Shown here: in pieces, positions 41,458-52,173 of the stretch
Position numbering within the stretch: the stretch's first letter is position 1
How the letters are laid out: every line of letters begins with the position of its first letter
From: an uncultured Chloroflexia bacterium
GTDB lineage: Bacteria; Chloroflexota; Anaerolineae; B4-G1; SLSP01
DNA: 64,000 nt
Reading direction: 5' to 3'
Assembly (NCBI GenBank): GCA_963751345.1
Contig: CAVVUS010000014.1
Location: 224,001 to 288,000, forward strand
The notes under the pieces: model-generated
Databases searched by the model: none
Told to the model about the DNA's origin: nothing
What the model saw: only the letters and a program-made list of their open reading frames with translations
Position numbers and translations under genes: made by a program

Positions 41458-42415
41458 TTCCCACATATAACAGGGCCAACTACCTTGGAGAAGCACTCGA
41501 CAGCATTCTGGGTCAAACGTATGCCGGGAATGAAATCATCGTTGTCGATGACGGTTCCACTGACTGCACCGCCGAATTGGTCAGATCGGTGCCGGATCCG
41601 CGTATTCGCTATGTATACCAGGAAAACCAAGGAGTGAGCAGTGCCCGCAACAGAGGGATCCGGGAAGCTCGGGGGAGCTACATCGCCTTCCTGGATTCAG
41701 ATGACCTCTGGCTGCCAGAATTACTCGAGACTGCCACAAAAGTGCTGGGTTCAGATTCCACCATCGGATTGGTCTATGCCAGAGCGCAAGCCTTTCACTC
41801 CAAGGGGAACCCATTACCTTACACAAGTGGAGCTCCCCCGAGATTTGCGGACGACCTACTCAAGAGTGCTTTGTGGGGCGACTTCGTTTGCACGATCACA
41901 TCTGTGGTGAGACGTGAGGTCCTTGACCGGGCGGGCCTTTCGACGAAACTATGAAAGGCAATGAGGACTGGGACATGTGGATCCGGCTCTCGCGGGTAAC
42001 GGGTTTCCGATTCGTCGACCGAGTCCTCGCGCTATTCAGAGTTCACAGTGGACGTATGACCCTCAGCGCCTCCGAACACTTCGAAACTATCACTGAGGGG
42101 CGGTTCCAGCCCCTCAACAAGGTCTTCGATGATCCCGGGGCGTCCGAGCACATCCTGAGCCTGAAACCGTTGGCGTACCGCAACGCCCACATCGATGTGG
42201 CTTGCAGATGGATGACTGCTGGGAAAGTCAGCAAGGGACTAACACACGTACGTAAGGCAATCGCAGTTGGTCCATCCCCCATCGCAACTCTTGCACGCGT
42301 CGCACAGAGCATACTTTTCTCTCAGGTGCTTGTGAAGCATACCTGGGGATTCCAGCTCTTACAGAAGGGAGCTGCAGCCAGGCGTAAGTTGCATTGGCTC
42401 GCTAGACGCTCGTAG
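41433..42415 (+). CDS. GT2-family glycosyltransferase (frameshift near 41945)
   Basis: VSVIVPTYNRA, VDDGSTD, ARNRGI, FLDSDDLW, EDWDMWIRL. Confidence 0.8.
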
Positions 42416-42535
42416 CGTCTTGATCAGAATGAGTCCAGGTGTTCGTCATCCGACTTGGAATCGCCAGGCCACAACTTTTCGGCTTATGCAGGGCCGAGCG
42501 GGCCAGTTCACCAGTGTGTTCTTTGTGGGAGATCT

Positions 42536-43252
42536 ATGCCTAGCAATATGCTGAGAGTAAAGTCCTACGCGAAGAAGTGGTTGGGCCGACTCGGTCTGCT
42601 TGAACGCCTTAGGCACCTGCATAGACCGCAGATGACCTGTCCTATCCAGCATCTGGGCAGTGCATACGGTGGATGGGCGGTGTGTCCCCTCACCCTTTCC
42701 GCGAACAGCATAGTCTATTCATTTGGCATAGGAGAAGACGCATCCTTCGATCAGGATGTGATAGAGCGATACGGCGCACAGGTGTTTGCCTTCGACCCCA
42801 CACCGGATTCTATCAATTGGGTAGCCCATCAAGAGTGGCCTGCGAACTTCAGTTTCTTTCCGTGGGGACTAGCCGGTGGAGACGGCAAACGTTACCTGTA
42901 CCCGCCGTCTGATCCCAGCCATATCTCTCACACTGTACTGACCCGACGGCACATGGTTGGCGATCCCATTGAAGTGAGCATGTATCAGTTGAGTACGATA
43001 GCTAGGACTTTAGGGCATCGGCACATTGATGTGCTGAAGATGGACATAGAAGGTGCCGAATACGAAGTCATAGATAACATCGTTGCGCTAGAACGGGTCG
43101 AAATTGACCAGATTCTGGTGGAATTCCATCATTTCTTCCCAAACGTGAGGCACCGGCAAACGCGAAAAGCGGTCCGCCTGCTAAATGCGGCTGGATACCG
43201 GATATTCTACATATCGCCCAGTGGCCACGAGTACAGTCTTGTCAAGCTCTGA
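42536..43252 (+). CDS. FkbM-family methyltransferase
   Basis: VYSFGIGEDASFD, FDPTP, IDVLKMDIEGAEY, VEFHH. Confidence 0.85.
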   Translation: MPSNMLRVKSYAKKWLGRLGLLERLRHLHRPQMTCPIQHLGSAYGGWAVCPLTLSANSIVYSFGIGEDASFDQDVIERYGAQVFAFDPTPDSINWVAHQEWPANFSFFPWGLAGGDGKRYLYPPSDPSHISHTVLTRRHMVGDPIEVSMYQLSTIARTLGHRHIDVLKMDIEGAEYEVIDNIVALERVEIDQILVEFHHFFPNVRHRQTRKAVRLLNAAGYRIFYISPSGHEYSLVKL

Positions 43253-44450
43253 GCAGCACCTTAGAATCGCATGCCTGACTCGCATCACATTGGCCCACAA
43301 GGTCAAAGGGGGAATGGAGCAACACCTGCGAGTTTTGGCAGAAGGCCTGACGGACTTGGGACACGAGGTGGAGGTCTACACAACTGCTAGTCCAACCGGT
43401 GAAGCCGATATCACTCTTAACGGTATTCCATACCACTTTTTGGCCTCTCCAGCAGGTCGATACAGACCAGCGTGGACGCGGGAGAGCCAGATAGTAGCTA
43501 AGCAGATGGGCCACGACCACACAGTTGATGTTCTATGGGGCCAAGGGGCGGGAGCCGAAGCAGCTTCGAGACTATCACGGCGCAGTCGTCCTCCTCTGGT
43601 AACAGTGCTTCATGGTACCTTCCTTGGTGAGTTCCGAACCAATATCCGGAATCTCGGCGGGGTGCGAAGTGCAGCACTGGCCCTCCTAATGATCTGGAGA
43701 TTTGCGGCATGGCGCGGTCACATAAAGAAAGCGGACCATCTTGTAGTTCTCACGCATTCAGAGGAACAGAGCCTGCGCCGATGGTTTCGTGATCTTCCAC
43801 CGATGACGGTGATTCCAAATGGAATAGATGTCGGTCTCTTCGCTCCAGACCCAATCGCGGGAAGTCACATCAGAGAGCAACTCAGTATCCCACGAAGTAC
43901 ACCTCTGTTGATCGCCGTTGGGCGATTAGTACATGAAAAGGGGACTCACCTCGCTATCGCCGCTCTACAGGGCCTCAAAAACCGAAACGCGCATCTCGTG
44001 ATTGTCGGAGATGGCCCAGATCGGGAGGCCCTTCGAAATATGTCACAAACACTCGGCGTGTCGCAGCGTGTTCGTTTCGTCGGGCATGTGGACCGAGCCC
44101 AACTTCCGGCCTATTACAGCTCCGCCGATGCCTTCATTATGCCTACTCTCCGCCACGAAGGCCTTCCGCTCACACTGATCGAGGCAATGGCATCTGGCTT
44201 GCCCACGGTGGCGACGAACGTCAGTGGAATCTCTGCTGCCATCACGCAGCATCGGGAGGGACTACTTATCCCTATGGGAGACAAGGCTGCTCTGGTCAGG
44301 GCCATTGATCAACTTCTCGATAGTCCCACCATTGCCCTTCAGCTCGGCCGGAATGCAAGAGCCAAGGCTGTAGACCAATTCAGTGTCAAGCGTATGATCA
44401 CTGACACCGAGAAAGTATTCAGACAGGTTGTGGCGGAACACGTTGGATGA
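43185..44450 (+). CDS. GT4-family glycosyltransferase (start uncertain)
   Basis: GGMEQH, IPNGID, GRLVHEKG, EGLPLTLIEAMASG. Confidence 0.9.
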   Translation: MRLDTGYSTYRPVATSTVLSSSEQHLRIACLTRITLAHKVKGGMEQHLRVLAEGLTDLGHEVEVYTTASPTGEADITLNGIPYHFLASPAGRYRPAWTRESQIVAKQMGHDHTVDVLWGQGAGAEAASRLSRRSRPPLVTVLHGTFLGEFRTNIRNLGGVRSAALALLMIWRFAAWRGHIKKADHLVVLTHSEEQSLRRWFRDLPPMTVIPNGIDVGLFAPDPIAGSHIREQLSIPRSTPLLIAVGRLVHEKGTHLAIAALQGLKNRNAHLVIVGDGPDREALRNMSQTLGVSQRVRFVGHVDRAQLPAYYSSADAFIMPTLRHEGLPLTLIEAMASGLPTVATNVSGISAAITQHREGLLIPMGDKAALVRAIDQLLDSPTIALQLGRNARAKAVDQFSVKRMITDTEKVFRQVVAEHVG

Positions 44451-44500
44451 ACACATAAGCATCTCAAACGCCGTTCGCACCGGACAGGAGAGTCCCAGCA

Positions 44501-45352
44501 TTGGGCGGACCGGATAGCCTCTCAGTGATAATTCCTTCCTTGCGTGGAGTTCCGCAGGAGCTGTTACACAGTATTGAAGGTCAGTCTCTTGTTCCAGGTG
44601 AGACTGAGATTGTCGTCGGTGTGAGCCCAAATGGACGAGCACGCAATGTAGGTGTGGCCCGCACAACAGGAAGCGTCTTGTTCTTCATCGATGATGATGC
44701 TGTGTTGGCACATAGTCGCGTGATAGAGACAATGGTCTCCCTCCTCGAAGACCCTGAAGTTGGTGTCGTTGGGGCATCAAGGTTGGTGCCGCCCGAATCG
44801 TCCCCCTTCCAACAACGTGTGGCGCGCCAGGTAGCCCGGATCAACAATCCCGTGGTCCACGTACCCCTGGAGACAAATCCCGATCCGCCGTTGTACAGCA
44901 CCCAAGTCACGACGACTTGTGCAGCTATGAGAAGAGAGGTCTTTGAGCGGGCGGGCGGATTCAGCGAGGTGCTTGTCCGCAGCGTTGATCCGGAGTTCTT
45001 CCATCGTGTGCGGGCACTTGGCTACCGGTTTTTTCTTGCGCCGGACGTATGGGCTTGGCACCCTGCTCCGCCAACGCTCCGGAAGCTGGTAATCAAGCAT
45101 TTCAACTATGGCCTCGGACATGCCCAAGCTGCGCATATACATCCGGAACTAGCTCGTGGGCCGGAGCGCTATCCTTTGCCATACTTCATCCTGAGAACCC
45201 TTCTGGCGCCTCTGCAGATCTTCACGTCGTATTCATTTGGCGATCCAGACTTTCGCCTCACATTTGCGCCACTCAAAGCCGTGGCGAGCTACGCTAGTGC
45301 CGTGGGCTACGTCTATGGTTGCCTGGCAAATGTCGACCAGAAGTATGTGTGA
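44501..45352 (+). CDS. GT2-family glycosyltransferase
   Basis: LSVIIPS, ARNVG, FIDDDA, FERAGGF. Confidence 0.8.
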   Translation: MGGPDSLSVIIPSLRGVPQELLHSIEGQSLVPGETEIVVGVSPNGRARNVGVARTTGSVLFFIDDDAVLAHSRVIETMVSLLEDPEVGVVGASRLVPPESSPFQQRVARQVARINNPVVHVPLETNPDPPLYSTQVTTTCAAMRREVFERAGGFSEVLVRSVDPEFFHRVRALGYRFFLAPDVWAWHPAPPTLRKLVIKHFNYGLGHAQAAHIHPELARGPERYPLPYFILRTLLAPLQIFTSYSFGDPDFRLTFAPLKAVASYASAVGYVYGCLANVDQKYV

Positions 45353-45395
45353 CCATAAGACATCGAGCGGGGACAGATAGGCGGAGGAACGTAGG

Positions 45396-46163
45396 GTGGA
45401 CAGAGTTGTTAGGACGCATTACGATGCCGTAATCTCAGAATTGGCGAGGTCCTATCCGAAAGACCCGAGTCTGTCCCAATTCCAGAACCTGGTGTCCGCA
45501 CATCAATACTTCCGCCTGTATGACACCATCGCCAAATACTTGCTCCCGGGCAAGACAGTCTTGGACTGGGGTTCGGGCAATGGCCACTTCTCCTATTACC
45601 TGGTGCGCTCGGGATACCTCACTTGCGGATATGGGTTCAATGACGTACCTCAGATCTGCCGAGACCTGCCGGACAAGGCCTACGTCTATCGACAAGGCAG
45701 CACGGATGACCCGGTCAGGATCCCTTATGAAGACCAGAGCTTCGACGCTGTGGTTTCGGTGGGGGTTCTCGAGCACGTACGCGAGTCAGGTGGTGACGAG
45801 ATCAGCAGCCTCAGGGAGATCCATCGACTGCTCAAACCGGGCGGCGTTTTCATCTGCTATCATCTGCCGAACCAATACAGTTTGATAGAGTGGGGCCTGC
45901 GCCGGGTCGGGCGGTGGTCTCACAAATACCGCTATACCCAGCGCGACATCCTCTCACTCGCATCTTCAGCGGATCTGCGGGTGGTCGAGACCATGCGCTA
46001 TGCAATCTTGCCCAGGAACATCTGGTTTTGGGCCAACAAAAACGAAGTGAGCTTGTCTAGGAGACTGGCGCGCGTGTATGACCGTCTGGATGATGCGCTG
46101 TCTCTCCTGGCCTCGCCGATCTGCCAGAACTACCTCTTTGTCGCCGAAAGGGCTCGCTCATAG
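45396..46163 (+). CDS. Class I SAM methyltransferase
   Basis: VLDWGSGNG, FDAVVSVGVLEHV, LLKPGG. Confidence 0.88.
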   Translation: MDRVVRTHYDAVISELARSYPKDPSLSQFQNLVSAHQYFRLYDTIAKYLLPGKTVLDWGSGNGHFSYYLVRSGYLTCGYGFNDVPQICRDLPDKAYVYRQGSTDDPVRIPYEDQSFDAVVSVGVLEHVRESGGDEISSLREIHRLLKPGGVFICYHLPNQYSLIEWGLRRVGRWSHKYRYTQRDILSLASSADLRVVETMRYAILPRNIWFWANKNEVSLSRRLARVYDRLDDALSLLASPICQNYLFVAERARS

Positions 46164-46325
46164 TCCGCGTAAGCGGGTGCCCGTGGGATGGCTTGCTCAC
46201 GCCTCAGAATCTGCTATCGTTCACAGGATTCCAACAGAGGCGGACCCAAATGTCCACCAAGGAGCCTGACGTTCGTCCAACAATGTAGGCCGTTAACACC
46301 AGCACATCTTGTGAGATTAGAGCCC

Positions 46326-47064
46326 TTGACCACCCGCATCATCATCCCAACCTATAACGAACGAGAGAACATCGCGCCGCTCGTCGAGCGGCTGCTCGCC
46401 CAACCCGTAGACATCGGCGTGATCGTCGTCGACGACGCCTCCCCCGACGGCACCGGCGAGATCGCCGACCGGCTGGCGGCGCAGCACGACGGGCGCGTCC
46501 AGGTGATCCACCGCGAGGGCAAGCTCGGCCTCGGCACCGCCTACATCGCCGGGTTCCGCCGAGCGATTGCGGAGGGCGCCGACTTCGCCATCACGATGGA
46601 CGCCGACTTCTCCCACCCGCCCGAGAAGGTCCCCGAGCTGCTCGCCAAAGCCCGGGACGGCTACGACCTGGTCATCGGCAGCCGCTACGTGCCGGGGGGT
46701 CGCGCGGTCGAGTGCACCCTGCCTCGCAAGATGCTGAGTTGGGGCGCCAACGCCTTCGCGCGCGATCTTGTTGGGCCTCAAGGCCCACGACACCACCGCC
46801 GGCTTCCGCTGCTACCGCGGCGAGGTCCTGGCCTCCATTGCGCTCGAACAGATCTTCTCCGATGGCTACTCCTTTCTGATGGAGATGCTCTACAAGGTGC
46901 AGCGAGCGGGCTGGCGCGTCGGCGAGGTCCCCATCGTCTTTCATAACCGCCAGCAGGGCGTCTCCAAGATCTCGCGAACCGAAGTATATAAGGCGCTCTA
47001 CACCGTCTTGCGTCTCTTCAAGTCGCGGGTGTTCCCCACGTCGAGCGCCCCCCCACCCGCATGA
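46326..47064 (+). CDS. Polyprenol-phosphate mannose synthase (DPM1-like GT2; frameshift near 46765)
   Basis: [50 protein letters not shown]. Confidence 0.88.
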
Positions 47065-48038
47065 TGTACACCCGCTGCAACCTCTGCGGTGCCGACGATG
47101 CCGTGGAGATCATTCCCTCCACCCTGGATCCGGAGGGAAAGAGCGAAAGTCCTCCTCGTGACCGCGCCAGACAGGGCAATTGGTCCGCCTACGCCTGCAC
47201 GAGCGGCGGCTATGGCCTGCACGGCCCCATCGTCAAGTGCCGGCGGTGTGGTCTCGTCTACGTGGCGCCGCGGCCCAACCACGACGACGTGGTCGGTATC
47301 TACACCGCCGTCAAGGACCCCCTCTACGTCGCCGAGCGCGCCGGGCGTGTGCTGACCTTCGAACACCACCTGAGACCTATGGAACGCTTCACCGGCCCTG
47401 CGGATGGACGCCGGCTGCTGGACGTCGGGGCCTATACCGGCGTCTTCGTCGAGATCGCATCCGACCACGGATGGAACGCGTGGGGCGTCGAGCCCAGCGC
47501 GTGGGCCGTGGCCGAGGCTCGCAGTCAAGGGTTACAGATGGTGCTCGGCACCCTGGAGGATGCGGACGTCGGCGAGGGCGGACCCCTCGCACACGGTAGC
47601 TTCAGCGTCGTGACGATGTGGGACGTGATCGAGCACGTCGCCGATCCCCTGGCCACGCTGCAAGCAGCCTGGCATGCGCTCAAGCCGGGGGGCTATCTGG
47701 TGGTGCACACGATGGATCTCGATAGCTTCTTCGCGCGACTGATGGGCAGTCGCTGGCCGTGGTTCATGGAGATGCACCTCACGTACTTTACGCGAAGCAC
47801 CTTGCGGCACATGCTGGAAGCGGCGGGATTCACCGTCTTCTGGATGGGCGCCCAGGGCCGCTATCTACATGCGGGCTACCTGGCAAGCAGGGTCACCGCG
47901 CTGTTTCGCCGGTCCCCCGTCACCCGCCTCCTCGGCCCCTCGCTGGAGTGGGCCGTCAACATGACGAAGCTATCCAACCTGCCCCTGCGCGTCAACCTGG
48001 GCGACCTCTTCACGACCTACGCACGCAAACCAACCTGA
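47061..48038 (+). CDS. Class I SAM methyltransferase with N-terminal zinc ribbon
   Basis: CNLCG...CRRCG, LLDVGAYTG, WDVIEH, LKPGG. Confidence 0.88.
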   Translation: MMYTRCNLCGADDAVEIIPSTLDPEGKSESPPRDRARQGNWSAYACTSGGYGLHGPIVKCRRCGLVYVAPRPNHDDVVGIYTAVKDPLYVAERAGRVLTFEHHLRPMERFTGPADGRRLLDVGAYTGVFVEIASDHGWNAWGVEPSAWAVAEARSQGLQMVLGTLEDADVGEGGPLAHGSFSVVTMWDVIEHVADPLATLQAAWHALKPGGYLVVHTMDLDSFFARLMGSRWPWFMEMHLTYFTRSTLRHMLEAAGFTVFWMGAQGRYLHAGYLASRVTALFRRSPVTRLLGPSLEWAVNMTKLSNLPLRVNLGDLFTTYARKPT

Positions 48039-48149
48039 ATTCCAACGCGAACCACCGATTCCGGCTCGCCCGGCCTGCTATGCTGAGAGTGAGGAAGTCT
48101 AGGGCAAGATCATCCGCTGCTTGCAGGCGACAGGGAAGCGGAGAGGACT

Positions 48150-48560
48150 ATGGATAAGGTCATTGTTCAGCAAAACCGAGAGTTTCAGGTAGCATTCCGG
48201 GCGCAGAGTGAGGAGGAAGAGGAGCTTCACGAGGTCGCGCATATCTACGAGCTTTCCCCCTACACGATGATGCTGGCGAGCTTGGGCGTGTGCACGACCA
48301 TTGTGATGCACACATATGCGCAGCACCACGGGGTCGATCTCGACCTGGTGCAGGCAACCGTCACCTATCATCGCAAAGAGCACGAGGACGCGCAGGGAGA
48401 CCAACCCTTCGATGAATGGATCGAGGAGGAGCTCTCAATGGAGGGCGACCTGACCGATGCTCAATACGAACGCCTGGGACACGTTGGCCACGCCTGTTCC
48501 ATCCGCAAGATGCTGGAATCGGGCATCGAGGTGAGATCCAGGCTCGCAGAACCCGCGTGA
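48150..48560 (+). CDS. OsmC-family protein
   Basis: SPYTMMLASLGVCT...YA and HACSIRKML: two conserved Cys. Confidence 0.8.
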   Translation: MDKVIVQQNREFQVAFRAQSEEEEELHEVAHIYELSPYTMMLASLGVCTTIVMHTYAQHHGVDLDLVQATVTYHRKEHEDAQGDQPFDEWIEEELSMEGDLTDAQYERLGHVGHACSIRKMLESGIEVRSRLAEPA

Positions 48561-48781
48561 GAAGGAAACCTTGCGAAGATGACGAAGGCTCGTGCTAGCG
48601 AAGGTAGCGTTCGTAAGCGAACGACACCTAGTTTCTGACGAAGCCGCGCTAACCTGCGCAAGGTTCGCCCGGTTTGGCGAAATCGCCAGAGGCTGGTAGA
48701 ATAGTGACGGCTCCAGTAGGAGCCGTCTTTCTTGTTAGGCTCCACAGGAGTCCCAATAACGTTACAGAGGGGGAAATGTAG

Positions 48782-49897
48782 ATGATCTACCGTACATTAG
48801 GGCGGACTGGACTTAAGGTCTCACAGTTGGGCTTTGGCGCTATGCGCCTGCCGATGACCGAGGTGGACGGCAAGAAAGTCGTCGATCGCGAGTTATCCAC
48901 GCCCATGATCCACCGGGCCTTCGAGGCCGGCCTCAACTACATCGACACCGCCGTGGGCTACTGCGACGAGGATAGCCAGCGGGCCGTCGGCGCCGCCCTC
49001 AAGGGCTGGCGTGACAAGATCGTGGTTTCGACCAAGAACCATTACTACGGTGAGGACGAAAGCGAGTGGTGGGCCCACCTGGAGCATAGCCTGGAGCGTC
49101 TTGACGTCGACTACATCGACATCTACAACCATCATGGCATCAACTGGGAGCGCTACGAGAACAACGTCGAGCCCCGGGTCAGCAAGTGGATGCTGAAAGC
49201 CAAGGACCAGGGACTCATCAGGCACATCTGCACCTCGTTCCACGACAGCAACGAGGCCCTGATGAAGCTGGTGGATACCGGATATGTCGAGTCCATCACG
49301 CTGCAGTACAACCTGCTCTACCGCGACCTCGAAGAAGGCATCGCCTACGCCAAGGAGAATAACGTCGGCGTGGTCGTGATGGGCCCCGTCGCCGGCGGCC
49401 GCCTGGCCGGACCTTCCGACGTGCTGACCGGCCTCGTCCCGGGCATCGAGCGCGTGCCTGAGCTGGCGCTGCGTTTCGTGCTGTCCAACCCCAACGTCAC
49501 CGTTGCCCTGTCCGGCATGGGCACCATGCAGATGGTGGAGGAGAATACGGCCATCGCAGCAGACGCGATCAGCCTGACCGCAGACGAGCGCGCAAACATC
49601 GAGACGCACGTCCAGCGGCTGGTGGAGATGGAGAAGCTCTACTGCACAGGCTGCAAGTACTGCCAACCGTGTCCCCAGGAGGTCAATATCCCCCACATCT
49701 TCGAGCAGTACAACCTGGGCAAAGTCTACGGACTGTGGACCGTGGCCAAGGACAACTACGCCAAGTTCCCCGACCAGCGATGGATTGGCGGCAAGCAGGC
49801 CGACGCGTGTATCGAATGCGGCGAGTGCGAGGACAAGTGCCCGCAGCACATCGAGATCCGCGAGCAGCTCAAGGCAGCCCACGCCGCTCTAGCATAA
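48782..49897 (+). CDS. Aldo/keto reductase with C-terminal 4Fe-4S domain
   Basis: LGFGAMRLP, YIDTAVGY, STK, CTGCKYCQPCP, CIECGECEDKCP. Confidence 0.92.
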   Translation: MIYRTLGRTGLKVSQLGFGAMRLPMTEVDGKKVVDRELSTPMIHRAFEAGLNYIDTAVGYCDEDSQRAVGAALKGWRDKIVVSTKNHYYGEDESEWWAHLEHSLERLDVDYIDIYNHHGINWERYENNVEPRVSKWMLKAKDQGLIRHICTSFHDSNEALMKLVDTGYVESITLQYNLLYRDLEEGIAYAKENNVGVVVMGPVAGGRLAGPSDVLTGLVPGIERVPELALRFVLSNPNVTVALSGMGTMQMVEENTAIAADAISLTADERANIETHVQRLVEMEKLYCTGCKYCQPCPQEVNIPHIFEQYNLGKVYGLWTVAKDNYAKFPDQRWIGGKQADACIECGECEDKCPQHIEIREQLKAAHAALA

Positions 49898-49904
49898 TTC
49901 CCGC

Positions 49905-49974
49905 AACCTTGCGAAGGTGGCCCGAGCCCCGACAGACGACCGTCGGGGACTCGGGCTTGAACCTTCGCGAGGTT
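49905..49974. repeat. REP-like doublet of AACCTT(GCG/CGC)AAGGTT palindromes
   Basis: aaccttgcgaaggt...aaccttcgcgaggtt; related copies at 48567, 48651, 52160 and 52196. Confidence 0.65.
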
Positions 49975-50032
49975 TAGCACCTTCCTAGTGCATTAGCATA
50001 GTACCTCTTCGTGATAAGCGCCTGAGGCGCAT

Positions 50033-50096
50033 GTTCCAGGCGGATCTGTGATCCGCCGTCTGCACGGAGACGACGGATCACAGATCCGCCTGGAAC
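50033..50096. repeat. 64-bp near-perfect inverted repeat (REPIN-like) between convergent genes
   Basis: 29-bp arms gttccaggcggatctgtgatccg(c/t)cgtct with 1 mismatch and a 6-nt loop; each arm is itself a hairpin. Confidence 0.85.
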
Positions 50097-50136
50097 GAGG
50101 TCAGGATCTCTCCCGAAAAGCTCCCTTGACTTTGCA

Positions 50137-51438
50137 CTAGTCGAAAAACATCACCTTCACGTGCGCCCCGGCCGGAGCGTTGGACCAATCTTCTGGGATG
50201 ATTGCCAGGCCATTCGCTCTGACCATCGAGTTGAGAATGCCCGACCCCTGCTCACCCGTCAGGCTCGCGTGATAGATCCCGTCCCCAGCAACCTGGGCCC
50301 CAGGCTGCTGGCGCTCGCCAGGCTGCTGGCGCTCGATCCGCACGCGCACGTAGTGGCGGCGGTCGTCCTTGGATAGGATCGGGTCGTCAAGGATAGCGTC
50401 GAACATCGGCCGGCTCAAGTCCTTGTAGCCGAGCATCGTCAGGATCGCGGGCCGGACGAAGAGCTCAAACGAGACCATCGCCGAGACGGGATTCCCCGGC
50501 ATGCCCAGCACCGGGACGGTACGGGTGACACCACCGACATCTGCCGTAATCTTGCCGAACGCCAGGGGCTTGCCCGGCTTCATCCGCACGCGCCAGAACG
50601 TCATCTCGCCCTCGGCGATCAGCACCTGCTTCACTACGTCAAAATCACCTACCGACACGCCGCCGGAGGTGAGCAGCAGGTCAGCCCCCATCTCCAACCC
50701 CTGTCGGATCTTGTCTGTAAGGTCGCCGATGCTATCCTGCGCGATGCCCAGCATCAGTGGCTCCCCACCGTACTTCAACACCTGCGCTGCATTCGAGTAG
50801 CCGTTGGCATTGCGGATCTTCCCGGGCGTCAGCGGCGCATCGATGTCGACAAGCTCATCTCCCGTGGCCAAAATCGCCACGCGAGGCCGCCGGATCGCCT
50901 TGATCTGCGAATAGCCCAGCGCCGCCAGCATTCCGATCTCCTGGGGTCGCAAGCGCGCACCCGCGGAGAGCACCTGTGTCCCCTCGCGCACATCCTCCCC
51001 TGCGAAGCGCACGTTCTTCCCCACGGCCATCTCGGCGAAGAGTGCCACCTGGTCCCCTTCTTGCTGCGTCTCCTCGAAAGGTATCACCGCATCGGCCCCG
51101 TCAGGCATCGGCGCGCCCGTCATGATACGGATCGCCGTTCCCGAGGTTACCTCCGCCTCGGCCATATAGCCTGCGGCCAGGTTCTCTATGACGCGCAGCG
51201 TTCTGGGAGAGTCGGACGTGGCACCGGCGGTATCTGCGGCGATGACGGCATAGCCATCCATCGCGGTGTTTGCATGAGGGGGGATGTCCCCCCGGGCATA
51301 GGCGTCCTCGGCCAGTACACGCCCCAGGGCCTCCAAGATCGGCACCTGTTCCGCCTCCAGCGGGTGAAACGCGCCCAGCACCCGCTCCAACGCCCGCTCA
51401 ACGCTCAACATCGGGTACAACTCGTGGTGGTGTCTCAT
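50137..51438 (-). CDS. moeA: Molybdopterin molybdenum/tungsten insertase MoeA
   Basis: [55 protein letters not shown]. Confidence 0.95.
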   Translation of the reverse strand: MRHHHELYPMLSVERALERVLGAFHPLEAEQVPILEALGRVLAEDAYARGDIPPHANTAMDGYAVIAADTAGATSDSPRTLRVIENLAAGYMAEAEVTSGTAIRIMTGAPMPDGADAVIPFEETQQEGDQVALFAEMAVGKNVRFAGEDVREGTQVLSAGARLRPQEIGMLAALGYSQIKAIRRPRVAILATGDELVDIDAPLTPGKIRNANGYSNAAQVLKYGGEPLMLGIAQDSIGDLTDKIRQGLEMGADLLLTSGGVSVGDFDVVKQVLIAEGEMTFWRVRMKPGKPLAFGKITADVGGVTRTVPVLGMPGNPVSAMVSFELFVRPAILTMLGYKDLSRPMFDAILDDPILSKDDRRHYVRVRIERQQPGERQQPGAQVAGDGIYHASLTGEQGSGILNSMVRANGLAIIPEDWSNAPAGAHVKVMFFD

Positions 51439-51890
51439 AGCTCGCTTTTCCACTCCGCCTCCAGTTGGCCCGCCTTCACCGACCCAGACTTCCTTCTTCC
51501 AGATGGGGGCGATCTCCTTCAAACGATCGATCGCATAGCGCAGCGCGTCGAACGTGTCCCGCCGGTGCGCCGCCGCCAATGCAATCACGACGGCCGTCTC
51601 GCCAATCTCCAGATCGACCCACCCGATGGAGGATGGCCGCATCCCGGATGTCGGGCCACCGCTCACGCACCTCATCTGCGATCTGCCGTCAACACTTGCA
51701 CCGCCATCTCCGGATAGGCCTCGTACTCCAGGTAACGCACTTCGCGCCCGTCCGTTTCGCCGCGCACCACGCCCACAAACGTAACCACGGCACCAACGGC
51801 AGGGACGACGAGCCGCGAGATGACCTCGTCGACGGTGAGCACCTGGTCCGTGACCGCGAACCTTCGATCCCGTACATCCCCTCCGGCCAT
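51435..51890 (-). CDS. moaE: Molybdopterin synthase catalytic subunit (several frameshifts)
   Basis: [46 protein letters not shown]. Confidence 0.85.
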
Positions 51891-51894
51891 CACT

Positions 51895-52134
51895 TTACCC
51901 ACCACCCACCGGAGGGATCACAGCGACCTCGTCCGACTCGTGGAGACGCTGCTCCAGTGGCGCGTACGCCGCATTCACTGCAAAGCGCAACTTCAGGGCC
52001 TCCAAACTCGGGTAATGCCGGAAAAGGGCATCCTGCAGGTCCGCCAACGTATCCCCGTCGGTGAGATCGTGTTCGATCTCCGAGGCGCCTGCCAACTCCC
52101 TGGAAAACGCGAAGAATCGCACTTTAACCTTCAT
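51895..52134 (-). CDS. moaD: Molybdopterin synthase sulfur carrier
   Basis: MKVKVRFFA...FAVN...DEVAVIPPVGGG. Confidence 0.92.
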   Translation of the reverse strand: MKVKVRFFAFSRELAGASEIEHDLTDGDTLADLQDALFRHYPSLEALKLRFAVNAAYAPLEQRLHESDEVAVIPPVGGG

Positions 52135-52173
52135 GTTGTACTCCATCCTCGTTGTGGAAAACCTTGCCAAGGT

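Noticed and set aside
50137-51675. Apparent MoaE-MoeA fusion in the ORF track (512 aa)
   Set aside because: Removing one base near 51468 makes MoaE end [12 protein letters not shown] with an ATGA overlap onto the moeA start at 51438. moaE has other frameshifts, so an indel artefact is more likely.
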